From the NCBI GenBank assembly GCA_049322915.1, contig JBMOPW010000014.1, positions 637,527 through 701,526 of the forward strand: DNA of 64,000 nucleotides, in the 5' to 3' direction. The notes under the pieces are model-generated. The model was not told the origin of the DNA. It made no database searches and saw nothing but the letters and a program-made list of their open reading frames with translations. Position 1 is the first letter of the stretch; each line of letters begins with the position of its first letter. Position numbers and translations under genes: made by a program. The stretch comes from Candidatus Zhuqueibacterota bacterium. Lineage in GTDB: Bacteria > Zhuqueibacterota > Zhuqueibacteria > Thermofontimicrobiales > Thermofontimicrobiaceae. Positions 1-10,143 of the stretch are shown one piece after another.

Positions 1-603
1 AGCCAGGGCCTGATCCTGCTCCAGATTTTGCCTGACAGTGGCCGGATCAACGCACTCAAACCCATTTTCGATGAATTTATTGAGCAATGTATTTTCCGAG
101 ATGGTCATATCGACCGAGAGGAAATGGTAGCGATCGTACGAATGGCCGATATTCTGCTCGTCCATCATGAACATTACGCGGGGGTTGCCCATCCGCGAAA
201 GCAGATTCTGCACAGATTCCCAATCATTTTTCAGGTTGGACATTTCCAGTTCGGCGTCAACCGTCACTTCGTAGGTGGCCTCGCCGGTCTGCGCCTCCCT
301 GGCAACAGTGTATTTGCGAACATAGCCATTGGACCAGGTGAGAATATTATCCTCGACAACCATGGCATTCTCGACCAGAGTCGAAGACTGGACAAACGTG
401 CCCAGGCTCTGTTCCACGGCATTTCGCAGGGCGTCGTCGATGGCCTGGTCGCGAGCGAGCGCTTTATCATTGCCGAAGATAGTGGCCACTCCCTGGCTCG
501 TCACCATCATGGTCGTTTGCTGGGCAATTCCTGAAATTGAAAACAGAGAAAAAGCCAGAAGAGCGACCAGCGCTCCAGTTATAATTTTAGCTGATTGTTT
601 CAA
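1..603 (-). CDS. Secreted protein with FlgT N-terminal/LPP20-like domain (partial, runs off left edge; not in ORF track)
   Basis: Manual translation from TTG at 603 (GAGGG RBS upstream): MKQSAKIITGALVALLAFSLFSISGIAQQ...GVATIFGNDKALARDQAIDDALRNAVEQSLGTFVQSSTLVENAMVVEDNI...; signal peptide plus ARxxAIxDALRNAVEQ motif; open to position 1. Confidence 0.75.
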   Translation of the reverse strand, partial: MKQSAKIITGALVALLAFSLFSISGIAQQTTMMVTSQGVATIFGNDKALARDQAIDDALRNAVEQSLGTFVQSSTLVENAMVVEDNILTWSNGYVRKYTVAREAQTGEATYEVTVDAELEMSNLKNDWESVQNLLSRMGNPRVMFMMDEQNIGHSYDRYHFLSVDMTISENTLLNKFIENGFECVDPATVRQNLEQDQALA

Positions 604-712
604 TTTTTTTCCCTCATTCATTTTAATTCAATGTATTGACTGAAGCAAAACCCAATTTACAGGGAAAGAGCAACTGCACGTGAGTTGCGACATGCAGCGG
701 TTGGAGAGGACG

Positions 713-748
713 AAAAAAAACGGGTTCGAGGACCCGTCTGACCCGTTT
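713..748 (-). terminator. Terminator-like hairpin with U-tract upstream of the FlgT-like gene
   Basis: Minus strand ACGGGT-CCTCGA-ACCCGT followed by a T run; a second upstream AAACGGGT can pair alternatively. Confidence 0.45.
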
Positions 749-844
749 GTACCGTTGAGCGTTCAATAATTTTGAAGAATAAGAATTCAATCGGGTTTTA
801 CTGGCCCCCCTCATCCAGTGTGTCGCTATGTCATTTTAAAATAT

Positions 845-877
845 AAAAAAGAAGGACCGGGCAATCCCCGGTCCTTC
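845..877 (-). terminator. Rho-independent terminator of the TPR-SLH gene
   Basis: GAAGGACCGGG-caatc-CCCGGTCCTTC perfect 11-bp stem, T-tract on minus strand, 10 nt after stop. Confidence 0.85.
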
Positions 878-886
878 AAAATTCGA

Positions 887-2056
887 TTAAAAGGTGATCC
901 TCAAAGCGTTCTGGAAATCGCGAATCGCCAGGAGGGCATCCGCGCCGGACATGGTATCATTCAGTTTGAATGCGCCTGAAATCTTGTCCGCCTTCATGAT
1001 GCCACGATCTACCATGAGCGCCATGGCATTGTAAGCGAAGTGAGTACCGGACACATCCGGGAAACGAGATTGTTCACCGATATATTTGGTAGCCAGATCT
1101 TCATCGCCAGTGACGACGATCATGATGCCCTGCATCACCTGAGCGTAGTTGGCGCGAGTGATGGACTGATCCGGTTTGAAGGTGTGATCCGGATAAGGCT
1201 CTAACCCGGCAACTTCTGCGGCGAGAATTTCTTTAACCCAATTTTCAGCCCAGTGACCCTGGATATCCGTTGCAGCCGCCATTTGCGTCACTTTGGTTGC
1301 TTCCATTTTGGTTGGATCATCCGGGGCGCGGAAGCCTGTGTCGTAGGTTTTGGGGCGCTTTTTCTCAATGAGCGTCATGAGCTTCAACTCTTCCATGAGC
1401 AGCACAGCCAGATCAGCCCTATCGATTTGCGGGATGAGCGCAATCTTCGCGCCGACTTTGGTGCCGGGTTTGGCGCGTTCGATTTTTTGCACCAGTTCCC
1501 ATTCGTTATTTGCTTCTTCGGAATAGGGGCCTTTCAACTCGACAACCTTCCGAAATGCATCGACTGCTTTGCCAAAGTCAAAACCTTCTTTGTAGGTAAT
1601 GCCCAGGTAATACCAGGCTTTGCTGCTGTTGGGATCGATTTTAATGGCGCGCTCAAATGATCGCGCTGCCTTTTCCACCCAGTCTTCGCCTTTCCGCTCC
1701 ATGGTAATGACGCGCCCTTTGATAATGTGGGCGTCAATAGATTTATCATTTTTGCTGATGCCTTTGTCGGCAAATTCATAGGCCTTTGCAAAATCTCCCT
1801 GCTTGGCATAGACCAGGGCCATGCCGGAGAAGGCCAATCCGAATTCCGGATTAAGGGCTTTGGCGCGATTGAATTCGTTGAAGGCAGCGGTCATGTCGCC
1901 GCGATCAAAAAGCCTCATGCCCTGATTGAAATGGTTTTCCGGTGTATCCAGAACCGATTCTTCTTTAATCGCTTTGGTGCCGCAGCCGACGACGGTCAGC
2001 ATAAACAGCGCCAGCACGAGTGCACCAAAAATACGAAACTTATATTTCATCATCAC
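887..2056 (-). CDS. Lipoprotein with TPR repeats and C-terminal S-layer homology (SLH) domains
   Basis: Lipobox VVGC; TPR helices (AWYYLGITY..A..AFRK); SLH-like motifs DIQGHWAENWV...YPDHTFKPDQSITRA and FPDVSGTHFAY. Confidence 0.8.
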   Translation of the reverse strand: MMMKYKFRIFGALVLALFMLTVVGCGTKAIKEESVLDTPENHFNQGMRLFDRGDMTAAFNEFNRAKALNPEFGLAFSGMALVYAKQGDFAKAYEFADKGISKNDKSIDAHIIKGRVITMERKGEDWVEKAARSFERAIKIDPNSSKAWYYLGITYKEGFDFGKAVDAFRKVVELKGPYSEEANNEWELVQKIERAKPGTKVGAKIALIPQIDRADLAVLLMEELKLMTLIEKKRPKTYDTGFRAPDDPTKMEATKVTQMAAATDIQGHWAENWVKEILAAEVAGLEPYPDHTFKPDQSITRANYAQVMQGIMIVVTGDEDLATKYIGEQSRFPDVSGTHFAYNAMALMVDRGIMKADKISGAFKLNDTMSGADALLAIRDFQNALRITF

Positions 2057-2111
2057 AGATCTCCTTTTTCATGTGATTTTACAGAAGTCAGATTATTTGA
2101 CTATTCCCGGA

Positions 2112-3023
2112 TTAATTCAAAATGAACATCACTTTGCACTTATCCAGAAAATTTTGATTGGCCGCAGCCTGATGAATCATGGAAGCGTCGGCAGCAGAGA
2201 TGACAACATCTGTTTTATTGGCGCCGCTGGCGCGCAACGCTTTGACAACAAGCGGATTGTTGGTTACGCGGTCATTTTGCCTGGCTCGCATTAAGTCTTT
2301 ATCATAACCAACCATGCCAATCTCAACGGCCCATTCGCGACTTACGAATTTTGAACCATAAATCTCATTGCCCGCTTCATCGACAATTTTCGGGGCCATT
2401 GCCGGTCGGATGCCCAAACCCTTGCAGTCGATGATCAGGCCTGTGTACGTCCCTCCGGACATGGCAGGCTCTGTTCCACCGCTCTGCTGTAAGTTAACGC
2501 CGCCAGGAACCGGTTTACCATGCGGCCAGGGCTGACCGCAGGTGGGACACACCATCTGGCCGCCAGTCATAAATTGACCGCCGCCAAACTGGCCGGGCAG
2601 CAATGCATCCAAAACCTGTCCGGTCAAGGGGACTTCGACAACCACTTCCACTGAGCCATCGGATAAATAGCGGGGGCCTTCGACTTCTTTGAAATTGCGC
2701 AGGGTTCCCTCGACTTTCACTTTGATGAAGTCGCTTTCAACCATGGAGTTTTGAACCGTGGTTTCTGAATTGAGGTAAACGCCCTTGATGGTCTCAATGA
2801 GATTTCTCCATGCATCGGCTTTTGCCGCGCGAATGGCATTGGCTCGCTGAGCAGCCGGCGGAAGATTTGGTGGGGGAGCACCAATGCCGGTGGCGCGAAT
2901 CGTTTGAGTCGACCAGTTGACCGATTGATTATCTCCGACGCTTTGCACGTACTGAGCCTGTGCCAGAAACGCAACGCTCAGGACCAGCGCGAGAGTTATT
3001 CCAATAATACGTGAACCTTTCAT
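2112..3023 (-). CDS. Secreted LPP20-family-like protein with internal CxxC motif
   Basis: Signal peptide; ATGIGAPP...AIRAAKADAWRNLIETIKGV motif; C-terminal YTGLIID..PAMAPKI domain; CPTC motif. Confidence 0.65.
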   Translation of the reverse strand: MKGSRIIGITLALVLSVAFLAQAQYVQSVGDNQSVNWSTQTIRATGIGAPPPNLPPAAQRANAIRAAKADAWRNLIETIKGVYLNSETTVQNSMVESDFIKVKVEGTLRNFKEVEGPRYLSDGSVEVVVEVPLTGQVLDALLPGQFGGGQFMTGGQMVCPTCGQPWPHGKPVPGGVNLQQSGGTEPAMSGGTYTGLIIDCKGLGIRPAMAPKIVDEAGNEIYGSKFVSREWAVEIGMVGYDKDLMRARQNDRVTNNPLVVKALRASGANKTDVVISAADASMIHQAAANQNFLDKCKVMFILN

Positions 3024-3204
3024 GTTAGGCTCCTTGTTTTTCGTTAAAAAGTTTTTGTGCTACAATCTCTGACAATTAATCGTTTACTTTGTTAATTTTA
3101 CTTTTTTCCCCCTGGCTAAAAAAATCATCTCGATTGTCGGAAACAAATTTATAAGAATTGTAATATTGAACAGTGACTCTAGTCACATGGATAGAAAAAA
3201 AAAG

Positions 3205-3277
3205 AGCGAATGACGGGGGTCGAACCCGCGACAACTGGCTTGGGAAGCCAGCGCTCTACCAACTGAGCTACATTCGC
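3205..3277 (-). tRNA. tRNA-Gly (anticodon CCC), CCA not encoded
   Basis: Reverse complement GCGAATGTAGCTCAGTTGGTAGAGCGCTGGCTTCCCAAGCCAGTTGTCGCGGGTTCGACCCCCGTCATTCGCT folds as a cloverleaf; anticodon loop TTCCCAA. Confidence 0.97.
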
Positions 3278-3764
3278 CTTTGCAAATCATAAAGTTATCT
3301 GACATATTAACGTAGTATAAATTAAGCTTTTTTTGTTCAAAGTCAAGCAAAATTTTTATCCGTTAAATTAATTTAATCATTGATTCAATATGTTTTACTG
3401 AACAAAATTCAGATAGTTATTTGATGCAACATGAAATGTTTTCCTGACTTCTGACGAGCCGATTCAGTCAGCTCTCACTTGCGATGATGTAATTCAGCGC
3501 CGATGGTTTCTCTCCGCTGTGTTTCAGCCTAACCGGATCGGGCTAACTTTTCACGACAGAACTGACCATGAAGCTATGCCATTGCCAGTTCGGCGGCGTT
3601 GATTCGCCTGTCATGAAACGCCGGCTGCATTGTCATCGTGTCAAGCGCGGCTGACAGATTTGCATCGCGGATGGGTCACGATTTGGCGCGCCAGGTATGA
3701 ATCGGAGAGCTTAACTGCTTAACTTTAAATGGCTAATCATCTCCAAATGCCGCGGCGGCCGGCT

Positions 3765-3781
3765 CTGGCATATTGTTTGCC
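3765..3781 (+). promoter_or_regulatory. sigma54 (-24/-12) promoter-like element upstream of clpB
   Basis: CTGGCATATTGTTTGC matches TGGCA-N6-TTGC with exact GG-N10-GC spacing, ~50 nt before the clpB ATG. Confidence 0.65.
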
Positions 3782-3829
3782 ATCGTAAGAGTTTGTGTTA
3801 TCATTAAAATAGAAAAGGAGAAGCCAAAG

Positions 3830-6463
3830 ATGACATTTGAAAAATTTACAATAAAAGCTCAGGAAACAGTCCGACAGGCGCAGCAATTGGCCGAGCAAAA
3901 TAATCATCAGCAGATTGAGTTGGAACATCTGATAAAGGCGTTGCTGGATGATGGCGAAGGTGTGCCTCAGATCGTGCTCAAAAAGATCGGCGTCAATGTC
4001 GCCAGCGTACAGAATATGATCCAGGATGCCATTCAGCGATTGCCGCGCGTGTCAGGCGCCGGCGCGATAGGCAATGTGTACATTTCAGCGAGAGTGAATG
4101 CGGTATTCAATGCTGCAATGAATGAAATGCGCCAGTTGAAGGATGAGTTCATCAGCACCGAACATTTGCTTCTGGCAATTCTGAATGAAAAAGGGAATCC
4201 TCTGGTGGATTTTCTGAAAAAGCAGGGATTGACCAAAGAGGCCATTTACGATGTGCTGAAAGAAGTGCGTGGCACGCAGCGAATCACCGATCAGAATCCG
4301 GAGGACAAATACCAGGCGCTGCAGCGGTTCGGCAAAGACCTGACGGAACTGGCGCGACAGGAAAAGCTGGACCCGGTCATCGGCCGGGATGATGAAATCC
4401 GACGCTCCATTCAGGTGCTATCGCGTCGGACAAAGAACAATCCGGTGCTGGTCGGCGATCCAGGCGTTGGCAAAACCGCTATCATCGAAGGCATTGCCCA
4501 GCGAATTGCCCACGAAGATGTGCCGGATGGATTGAAAAACAAGCAGGTGATTCAGTTGGATCTGGGCGCCTTGATCGCCGGAGCAAAGTATCGCGGAGAG
4601 TTCGAAGACCGGCTCAAGGCGGTGCTCAAAGAAATCCAGGAATCCGATGGGAAAATTATTCTCTTTATCGATGAATTGCATACGATCGTCGGCGCCGGAG
4701 CCGCTGAAGGCGCTGTGGATGCCGGCAATATGCTCAAGCCTATGCTTGCGCGCGGCGAGCTACGGTTGATTGGCGCCACCACACTGGATGAGTACCGAAA
4801 ATATATTGAGAAAGATAAAGCGCTGGAGCGACGATTTCAGCCGGTTATGGTCGAAGAACCGTCGGTTGAAGATACCATTTCGATTCTGCGCGGATTGAAA
4901 GAGCGGTACGAAGTCCATCACGGCGTGCGAATTTCGGATGCCGCCATTGTGAGCGCGGCCATGCTTTCGCATCGCTATATCAGCGAGCGGTTTTTGCCGG
5001 ACAAAGCCATTGACCTGATGGATGAAGCTGCGGCAAAGCTGCGCACTGAAATTGATTCCATGCCGGAAGAGATCGACGAGGTTGAGCGAAGGATCAAACA
5101 ATTGGAAATTGAACAGGTCGCGCTGAAAAAAGAGAAAGATGCTGTATCCAAAGATCGCCTGACTCTGTTGCGCGAGGAATTGGCCAATCTGAAAGAGCGG
5201 AGCGACCAGCTCAAAGTCAAATGGCAGACTGAGAAGGAGCGCATTTCAGCCATCCGGACGACCAAGGAGGAGATCGAGCGGGTTCGCATCGAGGCTGAAA
5301 AAAGCGAGCGGGAAGGCGATTACAACCGCGCGGCTGAATTGAAATATGGGCGCATGAACAAGCTCAATGCAGACCTGGAAAAACTGAACGCGGAATTGAA
5401 AGCCATTCAGGAAAATGGCTCGCTGCTGAAGGAAGAAGTCGGCGAGGACGATATCGCTGAAATTGTGTCCCGCTGGACCGGCATTCCGGTCAGTAAAATG
5501 CTGGAGACCGAGAAACAGAAGATTTTAAAAATGGCCGATCGCCTCAGAGAGCGCGTGGTTGGACAGGATGAAGCGATTGAAGCGGTGTCCTTTGCAGTGC
5601 GGCGTGCCCGCGCCGGCATGGGCGAAGAGGGACGGCCAATTGGCTCGTTTATTTTTCTGGGCCCCACCGGCGTCGGCAAGACTGAACTGGCCAGGACTGT
5701 GGCGGAATTCATGTTCGATGACGAAGACGCCATTGTCCGGATCGACATGTCGGAATACATGGAACAATTCAGCGTTTCCAGGCTCATCGGCGCTCCGCCG
5801 GGCTATGTGGGATACGACGAGGGCGGCCAGTTGACCGAAGCGGTCCGGCGGCATCCCTACTCCGTCATTCTGCTGGATGAAATCGAAAAAGCCCATCCGG
5901 ATGTGTTCAATATTCTGCTCCAGGTGCTGGATGATGGTCGCTTGACCGACAGCAAAGGCCATATTGTGAACTTCAAAAATACGATCATCATCATGACATC
6001 CAATCTGGGCGCTGACCGAATTCTGGAGCAATTTCAATCGATGACTTCGGATAACGGCGGCCGGATCTATTCGCAGATCAAGCAGGAAGTGCTGGCGCTG
6101 TTGAAAAAGCGATTACGGCCGGAATTCATGAATCGCATCGATGAGGTCATTGTTTTTCATCCGCTGACGAAAGAGAATATTCGCTCGATTGTGGATATCC
6201 TGTTCGAGCGCCATGTCCGCAGCGCGCTGGTCAAGCAGGGAATGGACGCCACGTTGACGGACAGCGCCAAAGATTATCTCACCCGCGCCGGCTATGATCC
6301 GGGATTCGGAGCGCGGCCTCTGAAACGACTGATGCAGCGGGAACTGGTGAATGAAATTTCAACCCACATTCTGGAAGGCGCTTTTCAAAAAGGAGACCGA
6401 TTTGAAATTGATGTCGTGAATGAGGCATTGACCATGAAAAAAATTAGCCAAGGAGAAAATTGA
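3830..6463 (+). CDS. clpB: ATP-dependent chaperone ClpB
   Basis: Clp N domain, two AAA+ modules ([16 protein letters not shown]), coiled-coil middle domain; ATG 3830 follows AAGGAG RBS. Confidence 0.97.
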   Translation: MTFEKFTIKAQETVRQAQQLAEQNNHQQIELEHLIKALLDDGEGVPQIVLKKIGVNVASVQNMIQDAIQRLPRVSGAGAIGNVYISARVNAVFNAAMNEMRQLKDEFISTEHLLLAILNEKGNPLVDFLKKQGLTKEAIYDVLKEVRGTQRITDQNPEDKYQALQRFGKDLTELARQEKLDPVIGRDDEIRRSIQVLSRRTKNNPVLVGDPGVGKTAIIEGIAQRIAHEDVPDGLKNKQVIQLDLGALIAGAKYRGEFEDRLKAVLKEIQESDGKIILFIDELHTIVGAGAAEGAVDAGNMLKPMLARGELRLIGATTLDEYRKYIEKDKALERRFQPVMVEEPSVEDTISILRGLKERYEVHHGVRISDAAIVSAAMLSHRYISERFLPDKAIDLMDEAAAKLRTEIDSMPEEIDEVERRIKQLEIEQVALKKEKDAVSKDRLTLLREELANLKERSDQLKVKWQTEKERISAIRTTKEEIERVRIEAEKSEREGDYNRAAELKYGRMNKLNADLEKLNAELKAIQENGSLLKEEVGEDDIAEIVSRWTGIPVSKMLETEKQKILKMADRLRERVVGQDEAIEAVSFAVRRARAGMGEEGRPIGSFIFLGPTGVGKTELARTVAEFMFDDEDAIVRIDMSEYMEQFSVSRLIGAPPGYVGYDEGGQLTEAVRRHPYSVILLDEIEKAHPDVFNILLQVLDDGRLTDSKGHIVNFKNTIIIMTSNLGADRILEQFQSMTSDNGGRIYSQIKQEVLALLKKRLRPEFMNRIDEVIVFHPLTKENIRSIVDILFERHVRSALVKQGMDATLTDSAKDYLTRAGYDPGFGARPLKRLMQRELVNEISTHILEGAFQKGDRFEIDVVNEALTMKKISQGEN

Positions 6464-6787
6464 GTGAAGCACGCATTGCCGAAATCGTTTGATGAATTGA
6501 TTCAACACGCTGAACTGCCGATCGTCGTTGATTTTTGGGCGCCCTGGTGCGGACCGTGCAAAATGGTTTCGCCTGCGCTGGAGCGACTTGCCCGGGAATT
6601 CAAAGGCAAACTGACGGTAATCAAAATCAACACCGATGAAAAGCCGCACATCGCCGGCCGCTACCAGATTCAGGGAATTCCCACAATTATGATGTTTCGC
6701 AATGGGAATCCGGTCATGCGGCTCGTCGGCGCATTGCCTTACGAGTCGATCAAAAAAGAAGTGGAAAAGAATCTGTATGCCAACTGA
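6464..6787 (+). CDS. trxA: Thioredoxin
   Basis: DFWAPWCGPC active site, 107 aa, abuts clpB stop. Confidence 0.93.
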   Translation: MKHALPKSFDELIQHAELPIVVDFWAPWCGPCKMVSPALERLAREFKGKLTVIKINTDEKPHIAGRYQIQGIPTIMMFRNGNPVMRLVGALPYESIKKEVEKNLYAN

Positions 6788-6870
6788 TTGGGAGATGAAT
6801 TTTTTGGCGCGAGTTCGAATCAGCCCGGTCAGTAAAGAAAGATAGGGGTGACGTGGTGTTGGGTAAAACG

Positions 6871-6900
6871 GATCAGACACAGATTGCTCTGTGTCTGATC
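6871..6900. terminator. Bidirectional terminator between convergent trxA and gdh
   Basis: GATCAGACACAGA-TTGC-TCTGTGTCTGATC perfect 13-bp stem flanked by A/T tracts. Confidence 0.8.
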
Positions 6901-6933
6901 GTTATTTTTACTCGTTTATATTTCGCGAATCAG

Positions 6934-9792
6934 TTAACACGAAAAGGTCCGCAGAAAGGTATGAAAATCGATTTCATCGGCGTTCAATCCGAACCGGTAG
7001 ATGAAATGGCTGGCCAGCCACGAAGAGACAATGGCCTGCAGATAGTTTTGCGGCACGCGTTTCATCACTTTGTCCATGCCGATTTCCTTCACCAGGGTCG
7101 GCGGACAATGCTGTTCAATCACCGCTTTGAAAAGCGTCTTATCTTTCCACAGGTCAGAATTATGGATTGAATCCGTGACTTTGTTGATTTTGTCGCTCAA
7201 CTGGTCGGAGAGGATGGCCATGGGAATTTTGGTCTTGCTGTTTTCATTCCACAATACTTCAAACTCCATCCGCGCATTTTCCTTGATAAAATTCACAACG
7301 TCGGCCACATAACTTTTCCGGAATTCAGGAGTTATTCCATCTCTGACGACCATGTTTTCATTATATTCCGCGTCGGTCAAAGCCAATGACGCGAGCACTT
7401 CCAGCGAAGACGAGGTGACTCCGCCTTTGTTGGCCGAGGCATCTTTGAAAATGATGACGCCCTTACTCTCCAGGGCCAGGCGCGCCTGCTGGGTTAAAAA
7501 CAGGTTAGCGCCCTCGACAACGTATTTGAATCGGGGCACTCCATTTTCATCCAGCAGTTCCTTCCAGTTTTGAATGTTGATCGATTTGGGCCGACCGCCG
7601 CAGGGCACGAATAAATCGGCTTTCAAAATCGGATTCAAATGGAACGTGTTCCGGAAATTCAATCCATTGGCGACGAGCGAACCGTTGGGAAGCTTCACAT
7701 CCCTGTCATTGATGTGCACAAAGAATCCGTTCTTGGAGAGCTTCTGGGTATTGAACTTCTCAACCATTACTCTGGCTTTTGCCAGGCGCGTTAATTCCGT
7801 TCGGTCAATTCCGGCCGGATCGTACAGCACGCCGCTGCCATCGATGATGCAAATGGTTTTGTCTTTTGAAATTAAAATTTCATTGCTGCCGAGATCGCCA
7901 TCCGGACCGCCGGTCTGGACTTTGGTGATGTTCTCTTCGTTTATCCCCAATTTCCTCAGAATGCCGATGACATATTCGTGCACCGAATTGGTCGTCATGC
8001 CGTACAGGTCGTGCGGAATACCGCCTTCGGATAAAGGTTTTCCGGTCGAGAACGATTTCCAGAATTTATAACCGCGTTCGTGAGCGCGATTTGCAGCCCA
8101 ACTCATCACCTCTGCTGTGCCTTCATCCGGGCCCAGGAACAGAATTTCTTCCTTGCCGATGTAATCCTTCACAGATTCATTGGGCAGAATCACATCCAGC
8201 AGCCCATCGACATATTTTTCAAAGGCGACATGCCCCCTGTCCTGATATTCCAGATTCAACAGAATTGTGCCTTTGGAACCGCCTTCCGGAATGTCTTTAT
8301 TTTTCTTCTGTTGGGTGAACGCCAGATTGTAGTTTTCATCGAAGATGGAATCGGAGTTCTGGTCATAATTCTCGGCATCGCGCGAGTGAACGATGCGAAC
8401 GCCGCCGCGGGCGATATCCCGGAATCGGACATGGAAGCCGCGGAATTCTTTTCCCAGCACCATGAAGATGCCGTAGGGATTCTCCTTGTATTCAATCGAA
8501 TCCAGGAATTTGGTGGGATCCAGTCGGAACGCCAGGGATGTTTTGTTCTTCTTGTAAAAATTCGTTTTGAGCACGACGTTGTTGAACAGCAGGAAAAACT
8601 CCAGCACCGCGCGGTCAATTTCCAGAGGAATTTTGCTGAAATCAAACGTGAATTCTTCCTGTGGCGCCTGGCCATTGATGGCGAACCGTTTGGCAAAATG
8701 CAGGTACAATTTTTTTACAACGTCGGGATGATTGTGGATGGTCTGGGCGATTCTGCCTTCTGTGTAAGAATCTTTCACCAGCCGCGTGCGAAGGTTGTTC
8801 AAAATGTCCAGCAAGTCCGGCCGATCTTTGAGCACGGTGGTCAACGCCATGTATTCCATGCTGAAGCTGCTGAGAAATTGATGGGTGAATTTCCAGGCGC
8901 TGGCTGCATAAAAAGCCTCGTGCACCGAGAGTTGGTTGCTTCGGATCAGAGGAGAAAGATCATTTTCCGGATTGATGTAAATTAAACTGATATCGGTGAC
9001 GAGATCGTCCACATGGGGTCTGGCGGTTTCGGCGTCCAGATAGATGGAGATGACCAATCGGCCATTGGAAAACGGTTCGGCGTATTTATGCTTGCTCACC
9101 AGTCCATAAAAATTAATGATATCCGAGATGCCGGAAATGAAACGATAGCTTCCGGCATGGGGAATGGAAACCATGATTCTCAATTCATCGCGCACGTTAT
9201 CGGTGATTGTGATGTAAGGCTGCTTCCAGTTGATGGAATCCCGGACGATTTTTTGATAACGCTGAATGGCTTCTTTCGTGGTCATTTCCAAAAACTGCTT
9301 GTCAGCAATTTTATCGATGTCCGTCTCCATCGGATCTGCGTTGGGCAGTGCATAATCCGGCTTTTGAACAAAGTAGCTTCGAAAATGGGATTCCAGGTCC
9401 AGGCCCGGGGTACGATAGCTCTGCAGCCGGTAGGCCGGGAATACATTTTCTAAACGTCGCTCTATTTCAATGGCCTTCTCGTGATCATCGTTGATCATAT
9501 ACGTGGCAGAGTCCTGATTTTCACCGACAAAATCCACATCCAGTTCTTTGCTGCCCCGATTGATTGCAACGATTTCCGCAGCCATAATGGATTCGACATG
9601 TTTCGCAATCATTTCAACCGAGGTGGTCTGAAAATAGTAACGCACCATCCCAATTTTGCAGCAGAAATTATACAGTCCATTTCGCACCCTCTCCGGTGTG
9701 AAATTTTTATTTTGAAGAATTATCTCTTCAATTTTTTTGAGACTCGCGATTGATAAGCCCGTCTGTTTCGAGGCTTCCTGAAAGACATCCAT
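6934..9792 (-). CDS. Large NAD-specific glutamate dehydrogenase (GDH2-type, ~950 aa)
   Basis: Motifs FRDIARGGVR, KNKDIPEGGSKG, GPDEGTA, GGIPHD.YGMTT, GGPDGDLGSNEI, VEGANLF, DASANKGGV; long N-terminal extension. Confidence 0.9.
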   Translation of the reverse strand: MDVFQEASKQTGLSIASLKKIEEIILQNKNFTPERVRNGLYNFCCKIGMVRYYFQTTSVEMIAKHVESIMAAEIVAINRGSKELDVDFVGENQDSATYMINDDHEKAIEIERRLENVFPAYRLQSYRTPGLDLESHFRSYFVQKPDYALPNADPMETDIDKIADKQFLEMTTKEAIQRYQKIVRDSINWKQPYITITDNVRDELRIMVSIPHAGSYRFISGISDIINFYGLVSKHKYAEPFSNGRLVISIYLDAETARPHVDDLVTDISLIYINPENDLSPLIRSNQLSVHEAFYAASAWKFTHQFLSSFSMEYMALTTVLKDRPDLLDILNNLRTRLVKDSYTEGRIAQTIHNHPDVVKKLYLHFAKRFAINGQAPQEEFTFDFSKIPLEIDRAVLEFFLLFNNVVLKTNFYKKNKTSLAFRLDPTKFLDSIEYKENPYGIFMVLGKEFRGFHVRFRDIARGGVRIVHSRDAENYDQNSDSIFDENYNLAFTQQKKNKDIPEGGSKGTILLNLEYQDRGHVAFEKYVDGLLDVILPNESVKDYIGKEEILFLGPDEGTAEVMSWAANRAHERGYKFWKSFSTGKPLSEGGIPHDLYGMTTNSVHEYVIGILRKLGINEENITKVQTGGPDGDLGSNEILISKDKTICIIDGSGVLYDPAGIDRTELTRLAKARVMVEKFNTQKLSKNGFFVHINDRDVKLPNGSLVANGLNFRNTFHLNPILKADLFVPCGGRPKSINIQNWKELLDENGVPRFKYVVEGANLFLTQQARLALESKGVIIFKDASANKGGVTSSSLEVLASLALTDAEYNENMVVRDGITPEFRKSYVADVVNFIKENARMEFEVLWNENSKTKIPMAILSDQLSDKINKVTDSIHNSDLWKDKTLFKAVIEQHCPPTLVKEIGMDKVMKRVPQNYLQAIVSSWLASHFIYRFGLNADEIDFHTFLRTFSC

Positions 9793-10143
9793 AGCATTTC
9801 TCCATCATTTATACTTTGTGTACTTTTCAGATCATTCATCTGACCTGGAAAGATAATATTGTGACCGAATATAATTAAAATATAATATAGTTTCAAGAAA
9901 AATTTAAATGAAAGAATAAAATTATAGAATGAAAATGATCAGTGTAATTATTCCGGCCTGGCAATCCATCGCGCAGCGTCCGAAATATGATAGCAGAGTC
10001 GCCGTGCGGGTGGCGGAAGCATGACCTCACCTGTCCGAAGAGTTGATCAGCGACTTCATCCCAGTTTGCACGCCCGGGTTAACCTTATTATCTGACAAAT
10101 AATTTTCTGACCTTTTTGGGCAGAAAATTTTAATACTTTTTTT

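Noticed and set aside
28..534. 168-aa plus-strand ORF
   Set aside because: Shadow of the minus-strand FlgT-N-like gene (1-603), which has an RBS, signal peptide and family motif
3205..3760. Integrative element at tRNA-Gly
   Set aside because: No integrase and no duplicated tRNA 3' end seen in the window
7574..8985. Long plus-strand ORFs antisense to gdh
   Set aside because: Antisense shadow frames of a well-supported gene; no motifs
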